Of a DNA stretch of 64,000 nt, positions 38,429 through 46,149 are shown one piece after another. The stretch's first letter is position 1. Each line of letters starts with the position of its first letter. A program made the position numbers and the translations under genes. This DNA is from Candidatus Eiseniibacteriota bacterium (lineage in GTDB: Bacteria > Eisenbacteria > RBG-16-71-46). Location: positions 2,538 to 66,537 of the forward strand of contig DATEMP010000019.1 of the NCBI GenBank assembly GCA_035275545.1, in the 5' to 3' direction. The notes under the pieces are model-generated. The model was not told where the DNA came from. It made no database searches and was given only the letters and a program-made list of their open reading frames with translations.

Positions 38429-39112
38429 ATGGGAAAGAAGTGGGCGAAACCGCTCTACGAGTTTGTCTTGCCAAGCCGCAAGATTACCGTGAACGTCACG
38501 CGGTCGTGTCCGAATTTCGTTGATCCCACGGCCGGCATATCTGACGTCGTCTCAGAACTACGGAAGACGGGCAAACTCCGAGTGCTCGACTTTGGAGCCG
38601 GCAAGCTGCGAAATGCTCTTTACATGCTGTCGCGCAAGGCTGGCTTTCGCGTCTGGGCCGTTGAGTTCAAGGAGTGTTTCAACACCCGCGCGGGCAAAGA
38701 AAAGCTCGCAGAAGCGCGTCGCTACAAGACATTCTTTCTGAAGAAGTGGCCTGATGAATTCCTCGCCTCGCGGTTCACGGTGGACGCTGTGTTGTTGGTG
38801 AATGTCGCGAACGTCGTTCCCCAGGAGGCCGACCGCAGGAGAATTGTTAGAGAGTGCGGGCGCCGGCTAAAGAAGGGCGGTTGGTTCCTGTGGATGTCGC
38901 AATACGGTGAGCCGGGGTACAAGCCGGGCGTCACGTCGCGACTACAAGCCCCTGACGGTGGTTGGTTCTACAGACTCAGCCAACAGTACCAAACGTACTA
39001 CCGGGAGTTCGTGATTCCGGAGATTCAGACTTATTTTCCGAAGCGCAGCTACACGCTCGTCCGGCAGGTGAGCTCTCCCCACCACCGAGCGTTTGTCTAC
39101 GAGAAGCGGTGA
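38429..39112 (+). CDS. Class I SAM-dependent methyltransferase, not of recognisable DNA-methylase type
   Basis: It starts 36 nt after the ATPase stop. Motif I is RVLDFGAGKLRN, the acidic motif II is VWAVEF, and LKKGGWFLWMS is also present. No (D/N/S)PP(Y/F/W) or PC-type catalytic motif found. Confidence 0.8.
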   Translation: MGKKWAKPLYEFVLPSRKITVNVTRSCPNFVDPTAGISDVVSELRKTGKLRVLDFGAGKLRNALYMLSRKAGFRVWAVEFKECFNTRAGKEKLAEARRYKTFFLKKWPDEFLASRFTVDAVLLVNVANVVPQEADRRRIVRECGRRLKKGGWFLWMSQYGEPGYKPGVTSRLQAPDGGWFYRLSQQYQTYYREFVIPEIQTYFPKRSYTLVRQVSSPHHRAFVYEKR

Positions 39113-39121
39113 GCGGGGCCC

Positions 39122-39215
39122 GACACCCCGCAGCACGAGCGGGCGGCGATGAGCAAGCGCCCGCCCACATCCTGGTGCCCACGCCGAGCCTCTCTACATC
39201 CTACTCATCTGCGAG
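39122..39215 (+). pseudogene. Frameshifted relic of an Lhr-type helicase gene (internal fragment only)
   Basis: Hand alignment to the resident lhr at 42023-42118 gives about 10 substitutions and two 1-nt deletions over about 96 nt. It encodes DTPQHERAAMSKRPP/HILVPTP/SLYILL against resident DTPHHERAAMRKRPPHILVTTPESLYILL. Track ORFs 39149..39397 and 38962..39381 are its broken frames. Confidence 0.7.
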
Positions 39216-39389
39216 TCGAACGCATCCCCCGCTCTCCGAAGTTCGATGCTTCCTACCAGCCCGCTTGCTTCGTCAATTCTCAGACTCTAGAAGTGTCCCG
39301 AGACTACCGGGACGACGCTCTGGGGAAAGGCGATTGCAACGTTCCCCCTGTCGGGCCGCGTGCCTGTTTGTCAGCTGCTAGAAGAGTGG

Positions 39390-39539
39390 CTACTTGATGG
39401 CTTTCCAGTCCACAGGTTGCTCCTGCCAGGATAAGGTTCCCTGAAGTGCAGCAAATACGCGGACCAGCCCAACGTCTGGTTGACTGAAATGCGTCTGAAG
39501 TAGCTCTTCAGTGCGGCGCAGGATCCCATCCTTATCCAT
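39390..39539 (-). CDS. Possible 49-aa ORF translationally coupled to the HEPN-like gene
   Basis: Below the track's length cutoff. The ATG at 39539 overlaps the upstream TAA (ATGGATAA). Translation is MDKDGILRRTEELLQTHFSQPDVGLVRVFAALQGTLSWQEQPVDWKAIK. No other support. Confidence 0.25.
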   Translation of the reverse strand: MDKDGILRRTEELLQTHFSQPDVGLVRVFAALQGTLSWQEQPVDWKAIK

Positions 39540-40170
39540 GCTCGTTCCTCTTCGGAAACAGCTGATTGATGAGGTCGCAGCAGATCGCCAGCGTCCTCTT
39601 CCCGGTGGGGCTCATCATCGCACTGCCGTGCGCCAACTTGTTTCTAAGAGCGGGCAAGACGTCACCAAGAATCTGGACGTAGGACTGAAGTGTCTGGCTT
39701 TCCGGAGAGTCCGGCTCCCCTCCGATCAGGGCAGACTCCTGGTTGTCACGTGCCCGCTGCTCCGCGATCCGCCGAACGTGTCGGAATCCGTCGTCTCGAA
39801 TCCAGCCCTCTGAAACTGCCCGCTCAAGAAGACCCCTCAAGCCCGGTCCGAATTCACGTGTCCCCAAACGTGCTCGCTTGCGGAGCGCATACTCGACGGA
39901 AGAGTACGCATGCATCTCTGCCGCTTGATGGAAGTGGAACACGAACCACGAGTAGAGCAGCAAGTTACGGGCTGTCTCGAAGTGGACGCGGACAACTCCG
40001 GGAACGCCATCGTGCAGTGCGAACGCGACAATGTCCTGCCAGTGCGTCTCGAAGGTCATCCCCGAACGGAACGCGTACCGCGGGTCGACCGTGAACGCTT
40101 CCACGGGAGCACGAAGCGCGTCGCAGGCCTGGACAGCCTCTCTCCCACCTTCTTGATTGAGGTCAGGCAT
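39532..40170 (-). CDS. Hypothetical protein with HEPN-like Rx4H motif
   Basis: ORF trimmed to the ATG at 40170, which is preceded by GGAGGAACCG. RNKLAH at 39628-39645, in an all-helical-looking protein of 212 aa. Confidence 0.6.
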   Translation of the reverse strand: MPDLNQEGGREAVQACDALRAPVEAFTVDPRYAFRSGMTFETHWQDIVAFALHDGVPGVVRVHFETARNLLLYSWFVFHFHQAAEMHAYSSVEYALRKRARLGTREFGPGLRGLLERAVSEGWIRDDGFRHVRRIAEQRARDNQESALIGGEPDSPESQTLQSYVQILGDVLPALRNKLAHGSAMMSPTGKRTLAICCDLINQLFPKRNEHG

Positions 40171-40375
40171 CGGTTCCTCCGTGGGGGGGGAGGCATGATT
40201 AAGAGTCGAGTGCACGAGGTCGAATGCTGGGCGCCATCATGATAGCCTCGCACGGCAAGCCAACTCCCTCAAGAGGATGGTCGCTATGGCTTTAGACGTC
40301 GAGGTCGCGTCGTCAGTGTCGAGCATCTTGGCCAGAGCGCTGACGAACGTCGTCTCTCCTGAGCTGGTCGGCTAG

Positions 40376-40915
40376 GTGTCCGACCAGCGGGTCGGGAAGA
40401 AGGAAGTCGAAGAGGCGCTGCTCTGGCCGTTCCTAGAGGCGCGCCAGCGCGTGACGGGCAAGGCCCTGACTTTCGTGGAGTCATCGGAGCGACCGGACTT
40501 CATCTGCGCGCACGGAAACCGCTGGCGCGTGGGTGTGGAGGTCGCGGAGATTACGTACGGGCCAGACGAAGCGATCAATGACGAGCAGGCGGTTGAAGAA
40601 GTCTACCGACTTATCGAGAGGAAGGAGAGGTCGCGTTGTCGGCCCGGATGGGAGTATCCAGGCCGGACCATCCTCGTGCTCGTGACCCAAGAGCTTGGTA
40701 TCGCGGACATCGCATGGCTCCTCCCGAATGACGTCAGGTCGGACTTCTCGGACCATGGGTTCAAGGAGATCTGGATCGCGGACTTTACCGGGTACGACGC
40801 ATACGGCAACGTCGAATTATTCGGCCTTTACCCGAGAAGGTGGTGGGGCCATCACCGGCGTCCGAATCCGCACGACAAGCCGTACCGATGGCGCAGACCC
40901 GGGGCCCGTCCATAG
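40376..40915 (+). CDS. Hypothetical protein, possible degenerate restriction-endonuclease-like fold
   Basis: 179 aa with a GTG start. The ERPDFICAHGNRWRVGVEVAEIT segment is PD..E-like but lacks the Lys. It ends 6 nt before the next gene. Confidence 0.5.
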   Translation: MSDQRVGKKEVEEALLWPFLEARQRVTGKALTFVESSERPDFICAHGNRWRVGVEVAEITYGPDEAINDEQAVEEVYRLIERKERSRCRPGWEYPGRTILVLVTQELGIADIAWLLPNDVRSDFSDHGFKEIWIADFTGYDAYGNVELFGLYPRRWWGHHRRPNPHDKPYRWRRPGARP

Positions 40916-40921
40916 ACAACC

Positions 40922-41551
40922 ATGGCGCTTGAACCGATTCAGGAACTGGTGAGGCTCATCCTTGAGGCGGACGGCTACTTCGTTCGCAACAACGTGCGCT
41001 ATCGCGTTGAATCCAAGACGAAGAAGAAGGATGGCAAGTCAGCGTCCTACTCCGACATCGACATCCTCGCCGTGAAGATTGACACGCAGACGGGGTTGGT
41101 CGTGGATCGCATCTGGGGCGAGACAAAGGGGCACCTGACCTCATCACTGACGGCAAGCTACCTTCGCTCGTTCGCCCCTGACTACGCTGTTCTTCTTAGC
41201 AAAACGGCGTGGTCGGACGCAGCCTTGGTGAAGAAGCACAGTGCGAAGTTGGAGACGCTTAGGAACAGACAGTCCCTAGCAAGAGCGAGGGCGGTACAGG
41301 TCCTCGGCGAGCCGTACCGGCGCGTCCTCTACTTCGGCGGGCGCAAGCCAAAGGACAACGGCAAGGGCGCTCTGGCGCTGCTCGACAAAGGTGTTGAGCT
41401 CGTCTATGTAAGGAATATTGTAAGGAATTGGATCGCCAAACTGACTCATCTTGAGGGTAACGAGGACGTAGTACGGGTGATTAACGCGCTCGACGAATAC
41501 GGGCTCATTCGCGCGAAGGACGAGCCGGCAGGCCCATTGCCTGGTCGGTGA
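40922..41551 (+). CDS. PD-(D/E)xK nuclease-fold protein
   Basis: SDIDILAV..(13 aa)..IWGETKGH gives D-x-D...E-x-K at about 41054-41128, preceded by a helix with EADGYFV. 209 aa. Confidence 0.65.
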   Translation: MALEPIQELVRLILEADGYFVRNNVRYRVESKTKKKDGKSASYSDIDILAVKIDTQTGLVVDRIWGETKGHLTSSLTASYLRSFAPDYAVLLSKTAWSDAALVKKHSAKLETLRNRQSLARARAVQVLGEPYRRVLYFGGRKPKDNGKGALALLDKGVELVYVRNIVRNWIAKLTHLEGNEDVVRVINALDEYGLIRAKDEPAGPLPGR

Positions 41552-41656
41552 ACGCACCGAGATGGAGCGAGCTCGGGAGATGATGAAACTTCAATCCGAT
41601 GTGCACAGGAATTAGTGAACCGCGCGTCTTGGCCTGGACGAACACACCTTCATGTC

Positions 41657-44600
41657 ATGGACACCGCTATACTCCACCCCATGCCTCTGCGCCACTTCCA
41701 CCCCACCATCCAGCGCTGGTTCTCGGAGCGCATCGGGCAGCCCTCCCCGCCCCAGCTCGAAGGCTGGCCGCGCATCCGCTCGCGGCGCCACACGCTGATC
41801 GCCGCCCCCACCGGCACCGGCAAGACGCTCGCGGCGTTCCTCTCGGCCATCGACGACCTCGTCCGCCAGGGCACAGACCTCAGAGACGAGACCGCCATCC
41901 TCTACGTCTCGCCGCTCAAGGCGCTCGGTAACGACGTCCAGAAGAACCTCTCGCGCCCGCTCGCCGAGCTGCGCGCCATGGATCCGTCGCTGCCCGAGGT
42001 GCGCGTCCTGGTGCGCACCGGCGACACGCCGCACCACGAGCGGGCGGCGATGCGCAAGCGTCCGCCCCACATCCTGGTGACCACGCCCGAGTCGCTCTAC
42101 ATCCTGCTCACCAGCGAGAGCGGGCGCGCGATGCTCTCGACCGTGCGCACCGTGATCCTCGACGAGATCCACGCGATCGCGGGCGACAAGCGGGGTGCGC
42201 ATCTCGCGCTCTCCATCGAGCGGCTCGCCGACCTGGTGCACGCCAACGCCGGCCCCCGCAAGGGCACGGACGGCCACGAGACCCTCCAGCGCATCGGCCT
42301 CTCGGCGACACAGAAGCCGGTCGAGGACGTCGCCCAGCTCCTGGTGGGCGCGGGCCGCACGTGCGAGATCGTCGACGTGGGACACCGGCGCGACATGGAG
42401 ATTGCGATCGAGGTGCCGGACTCCCCGCTCGAGACGGTGTGCTCGACCGAGACCTGGGACGAGATCATCACGCGCATGGCGGCGTTGATCGGCGAGCACC
42501 GCACCACGCTGGTGTTCGTCAACACGCGCAAGCTCGCCGAGCGCGTGGCGGGCAAGCTCACGCTCAAGCTGGGCGAGGATCAGGTCACGAGCCACCACGG
42601 GAGCCTGTCGCGCGAGCGGCGGCTCGACGCCGAGCAGCGCCTGAAAGACGGCAAGCTCAAGGCACTGGTCGCGACCGCCTCGCTCGAGCTGGGGATCGAC
42701 ATCGGCGAGGTCGACCTGGTGATCCAGGCGGGTGTGACGCCCTCGTTCGCGGTGTTCCTGCAGCGCGTGGGGCGCAGCGGCCACGCGCTCGGGCGCATCC
42801 CCAAGGGCCGGCTCTTCCCGCTCACCCAGGACGAGCTGGTGTGCGCGGCGGCGATCGTGGACGGCATCCACCACGGCGATCTCGACCGCACGCCGCAGCC
42901 GAGAGCGCCCCTCGACATCCTCGCCCAGCAGATGGTCGCGGCGTGCGTCACCGAGACCTGGAGCGAGGAGCGGCTCTTCGAGACGTTCCGCTTCGCCTGG
43001 CCCTACCGCGAGCTCTCGCGCGAGGACTTTGACGGCGTGGTGGCACTCCTCAGCGACGGCCGGAGTGCCCTGCTCCATCGCGACGGCGTCAACGCGCGGC
43101 TGCGCGCCACCAAGCGCGCGCGCATCACCGCCCTCACCTCGGGCGGAGCGATCCCCGACACCGGTCAGTACCGGGTGGTGGTCGAGCCCGAGGCGATCCA
43201 CGTGGGCACCCTCGACGAGGACTTCGCGATCGAGAGCAACGTGGGCGACATCTTCCAGCTCGGCAACGCTTCGTGGCGCATCCTCAAGGTCGAGCCGGGC
43301 GTGGTGCGCGTGGCGGACGCCAAGGGCCAGCCGCCGAACGTGCCGTTCTGGTTCGGCGAGGGGCCGTCGCGCACGCCCGAGCTGTCGGCGCGCGTGGCGC
43401 GCATCCGCGTCGAGGGCCGCGACCCCGAGTGGCTGGTGCGCGAGCTGGGCCTGCCGCGCGCCGCGGCGGTGCAGCTTTCCGATTACCTTCTCGAAGGCGA
43501 GCGCTCGCTGGGCGTGATCCCGACCCCCGAGTGCGTGGTGCTCGAGCGCTTCTTCGACGAATCGGGCGGCATGCAGCTCGTGATCCACGCGCCGTTCGGC
43601 GGGCGCATGAACCGCGCGTGGGGCCTGGCGCTGCGCAAGCGCTTCTGCGTCGGGTTCGGGTTCGAGCTCCAGGCGGCCGCCAACGAAGAGGCGATCGTGC
43701 TGTCGCTCGGGCTTCAGCACAGCTTCCCGCTCGAAGAGGTGTTCGACTACCTGCACCCCGACCGCGCGCGCGACCTGCTGGTCCAGGCGCTGCTCGCCGC
43801 ACCGATGTTCGGTGCCCGCTGGCGCTGGAACCTGACGCGGGCGCTGCTGCTGTCGCGGATGCAGAACGGCCGCCGCGTGCCCACGCCGCTGGTGCGTATG
43901 CGCGCCGAGGACCAGCTCGCCAAGGCGTTCCCCCAGGTGCTGGCCTGCCCCGAGACGCTGCCGCCGGGCGAGATGCCGGTGCCCTGGGAGCACCCGCTGG
44001 TGCGCCAGACGATCGAGGATTGCCTCAACGAGGCGATGGACGTGGACGGGTTCCTGGACGTGCTGCGCCGCATGCGCGACGGGCGCATTCGCAAGGTGGC
44101 GGTCGACACCACCGAGCCCTCGGCGTTCGCGCGCGGCATCCTGAACGCGACGCCCTACGCGTTCCTGGACGACGCGCCGCTCGAGGAGCGGCGGACGCAG
44201 GCGGTCTTGTCTCGGCGTGTGCTGGACCCTGCTGCGGCCGACACGCTGGGGGTGCTGGATGCGGATGCGGTGGCGCTGGTGCGTTCGGAAGCCTGGCCTA
44301 GTGCCGAGAATGCCGAGGACGTGCACGAGGCGCTGCTGTGGATGGGCTACGTGACGGATTCCGAGGCTGCGCGGTCGGGCTGGAGCGAGTGGCTGGGCGA
44401 GCTGGAGGCGGCGCGGCGGGTTGTCGCCTGGGGTGGAGGCGGCGATCGCCGTTGGCACGCCGTCGAGGCGTCGCGCGACGAGAAGACGATGCTGCGCGGG
44501 CGGCTCGAGGCGATGGGGCCCGTGTTCGTGGCGCCGGGCGATGCGATGGAGCAGACGCTGCTGCTGCTCGAGGCGGAGGGTGCCGTGATGCGCTGCCGGC

Positions 44601-45721
44601 TCGAGGGCCGCCAGGCGTGGTGCGAGCGCCGGCTCCTGGCGCGCATTCACCGCTACACGCTCGAACGCCTGCGGCGCGAGATCGAGCCCGTGACCGCCGC
44701 CGAGCTGTGGCGCTTCCTCGCCTGCTGGCAGCACGCCGCCGAGGGCTACCGCCTGGAAGGCCCGCACGGCGTGCTGGAGGTGGCGAAGAAGCTCGCCGGG
44801 TTCGAGATCCCCGCCGCCCAGTGGGAGTCGAACGTGCTCGCCGCGCGCGTGCAGGACTATCGGCTCGACTGGCTCGACCAGCTGACGCTGAGCGGACACC
44901 TGGTGTGCGGGCGGCTGTGGGGGCGCGGGAATACGCCGATCCGGTCGACGCCGCTGTGCCTGCTGCCGCGTGTTGATCTCGACGCCTGGCTGGCCCTGGC
45001 CGAGGCCGCCGGCGACGAGGAGCCGCCCCTGTCGACCTATGCGCGCAAGATCCTTGAGGTGGTCGAGGCGCGCGGCGCGAGCTTCGCGCAGGAGCTTCAG
45101 GCCGCGGCCGGGCTGCTGCCCAGCCACTTCGAGATGGGCCTGGCGCAGGCGATCGCGCAGGGCCTGCTAACGTGCGATTCGTTCGGCGGACTGCGGCGCC
45201 TGATCACGCCGCCTAGTCGGCGGCGCGGAGTGGTGAAGCACCAGCCGCTCACCCCCGCCGGGCGCTGGTCGCGGTTCCGGGGGACGCCGGTGACGACGAT
45301 CGTGGTCGGCTCGACCACCGCCCGCCCGCCGCTCGACGAGGCGCTGGTCGAGTTCGTGGGGCGCCAGCTATTGGCGCGCTACGGCGTGGTGTTCAAGCGC
45401 CTGCTCGAGCGCGAGCGCCTGCCCGTGCCCTGGCACCAGCTCGTGCGCCTCTACCGGCACTGGGAGCTGCGCGGCGACGTGCGCGGTGGCCGGTTCGTCC
45501 AGCGCTTCGCCGGCGAGCAGTACGCGCTGCCGGAGGCGATCGAGCTGATGCGTCGGCTGCGGCGGAAGCAGAACGCGTCCGAGCGACTCCACGTCGTGGC
45601 TTCCGGTACGGCGCCGACCGACCTCGAGGTCTCGGCGGCCGATCCCCTCAACCTCGAGGGAATCCTGACGCCCGAGCCGCGCATCTCATCCAACGTGCGC
45701 CGCCGCGTGAAGGTGGGCTGA
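41657..45721 (+). CDS. lhr: ATP-dependent DNA helicase Lhr (large helicase-related, SF2 DEAD/DEAH plus C-terminal extension)
   Basis: Motif I is LIAAPTGTGKTLAAF, motif II is ILDEIHA, and SATQ is present. Further motifs are VFVNTRKLAERV and GSLSRERRLDAEQRLKDGKLKALVATASLELGIDIG...VGRSGH, followed by a long DEAD/H-associated region. Start taken at the ATG at 41657 (the track ORF begins at 41615). Confidence 0.9.
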   Translation: MDTAILHPMPLRHFHPTIQRWFSERIGQPSPPQLEGWPRIRSRRHTLIAAPTGTGKTLAAFLSAIDDLVRQGTDLRDETAILYVSPLKALGNDVQKNLSRPLAELRAMDPSLPEVRVLVRTGDTPHHERAAMRKRPPHILVTTPESLYILLTSESGRAMLSTVRTVILDEIHAIAGDKRGAHLALSIERLADLVHANAGPRKGTDGHETLQRIGLSATQKPVEDVAQLLVGAGRTCEIVDVGHRRDMEIAIEVPDSPLETVCSTETWDEIITRMAALIGEHRTTLVFVNTRKLAERVAGKLTLKLGEDQVTSHHGSLSRERRLDAEQRLKDGKLKALVATASLELGIDIGEVDLVIQAGVTPSFAVFLQRVGRSGHALGRIPKGRLFPLTQDELVCAAAIVDGIHHGDLDRTPQPRAPLDILAQQMVAACVTETWSEERLFETFRFAWPYRELSREDFDGVVALLSDGRSALLHRDGVNARLRATKRARITALTSGGAIPDTGQYRVVVEPEAIHVGTLDEDFAIESNVGDIFQLGNASWRILKVEPGVVRVADAKGQPPNVPFWFGEGPSRTPELSARVARIRVEGRDPEWLVRELGLPRAAAVQLSDYLLEGERSLGVIPTPECVVLERFFDESGGMQLVIHAPFGGRMNRAWGLALRKRFCVGFGFELQAAANEEAIVLSLGLQHSFPLEEVFDYLHPDRARDLLVQALLAAPMFGARWRWNLTRALLLSRMQNGRRVPTPLVRMRAEDQLAKAFPQVLACPETLPPGEMPVPWEHPLVRQTIEDCLNEAMDVDGFLDVLRRMRDGRIRKVAVDTTEPSAFARGILNATPYAFLDDAPLEERRTQAVLSRRVLDPAAADTLGVLDADAVALVRSEAWPSAENAEDVHEALLWMGYVTDSEAARSGWSEWLGELEAARRVVAWGGGGDRRWHAVEASRDEKTMLRGRLEAMGPVFVAPGDAMEQTLLLLEAEGAVMRCRLEGRQAWCERRLLARIHRYTLERLRREIEPVTAAELWRFLACWQHAAEGYRLEGPHGVLEVAKKLAGFEIPAAQWESNVLAARVQDYRLDWLDQLTLSGHLVCGRLWGRGNTPIRSTPLCLLPRVDLDAWLALAEAAGDEEPPLSTYARKILEVVEARGASFAQELQAAAGLLPSHFEMGLAQAIAQGLLTCDSFGGLRRLITPPSRRRGVVKHQPLTPAGRWSRFRGTPVTTIVVGSTTARPPLDEALVEFVGRQLLARYGVVFKRLLERERLPVPWHQLVRLYRHWELRGDVRGGRFVQRFAGEQYALPEAIELMRRLRRKQNASERLHVVASGTAPTDLEVSAADPLNLEGILTPEPRISSNVRRRVKVG

Positions 45722-45732
45722 CCGGTTTCCTA

Positions 45733-46149
45733 CTACTTCTTCTTCGGCACTCTGCGTCTCCTCATCGCCGAACAAGATCCGCGGAGCCATTCAGCGAACT
45801 GATCTACATTCATCCGCCCGGACGAAAGCGCCAGCATCGCGCCCACGGCGTCCTCTTCCGATGCTTCGAGCCTGAACCCGTTCAACTCCAGAAACACGCC
45901 GGCAACCGTCAGGGCAACCCGCTTGTTTCCGTCGACGAACGGGTGATTCTGAGTGATCGCATAGGCGTAGACGGCCGCGAGGTGAGGGACGTCTACGCGC
46001 TGGTAGGTGAAGTGATTCCTGGGGCTCTCGAGTGCTGCGTCGAGAAGCCCCTCATCGAGAATGCCACTTGCTCCCCCGTGTTCGGCCAGGAGCCTTTCGT
46101 GAAACGCGAGGACGGCCTGTCTCGAAATCCACTTGGGCTGTCGTTTCAC
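45733..46149 (-). CDS. doc: Doc (death-on-curing) Fic-family toxin
   Basis: HPFVDGNKRVA Fic/Doc motif. 138 aa. The GTG start overlaps the antitoxin stop (GTGA). Confidence 0.9.
   Translation of the reverse strand: MKRQPKWISRQAVLAFHERLLAEHGGASGILDEGLLDAALESPRNHFTYQRVDVPHLAAVYAYAITQNHPFVDGNKRVALTVAGVFLELNGFRLEASEEDAVGAMLALSSGRMNVDQFAEWLRGSCSAMRRRRVPKKK

Larger units (their letters stand above)
29839..41551. other. Lower-GC accessory (defence-type) island between cspA and lhr
   Basis: Composition drops visibly. By hand count G+C is 28/60 at 38701-38760 versus 47/60 at 42001-42060. Gene content is restriction, nuclease, ATPase and methylase genes. No integrase, transposase or tRNA seen at either border. 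Confidence 0.55.

Noticed and set aside
38962-39397. Track ORFs 38962..39381 (+), 39149..39397 (+) and 38976..39182 (-) as possible island genes.
   Set aside because: They are the broken reading frames of the lhr-derived relic and overlap the methyltransferase 3' end. Their translations switch between Lhr-like and nonsense sequence at the two 1-nt deletions.
41615-41656. Upstream in-frame start (track ORF start at 41615) for lhr.
   Set aside because: The 14 extra residues (MNRASWPGRTHLHV) have no counterpart in the Lhr N-terminus as I recall it, so the ATG at 41657 is the more conservative call. I did not see a clear RBS for either candidate, and the true start remains uncertain.
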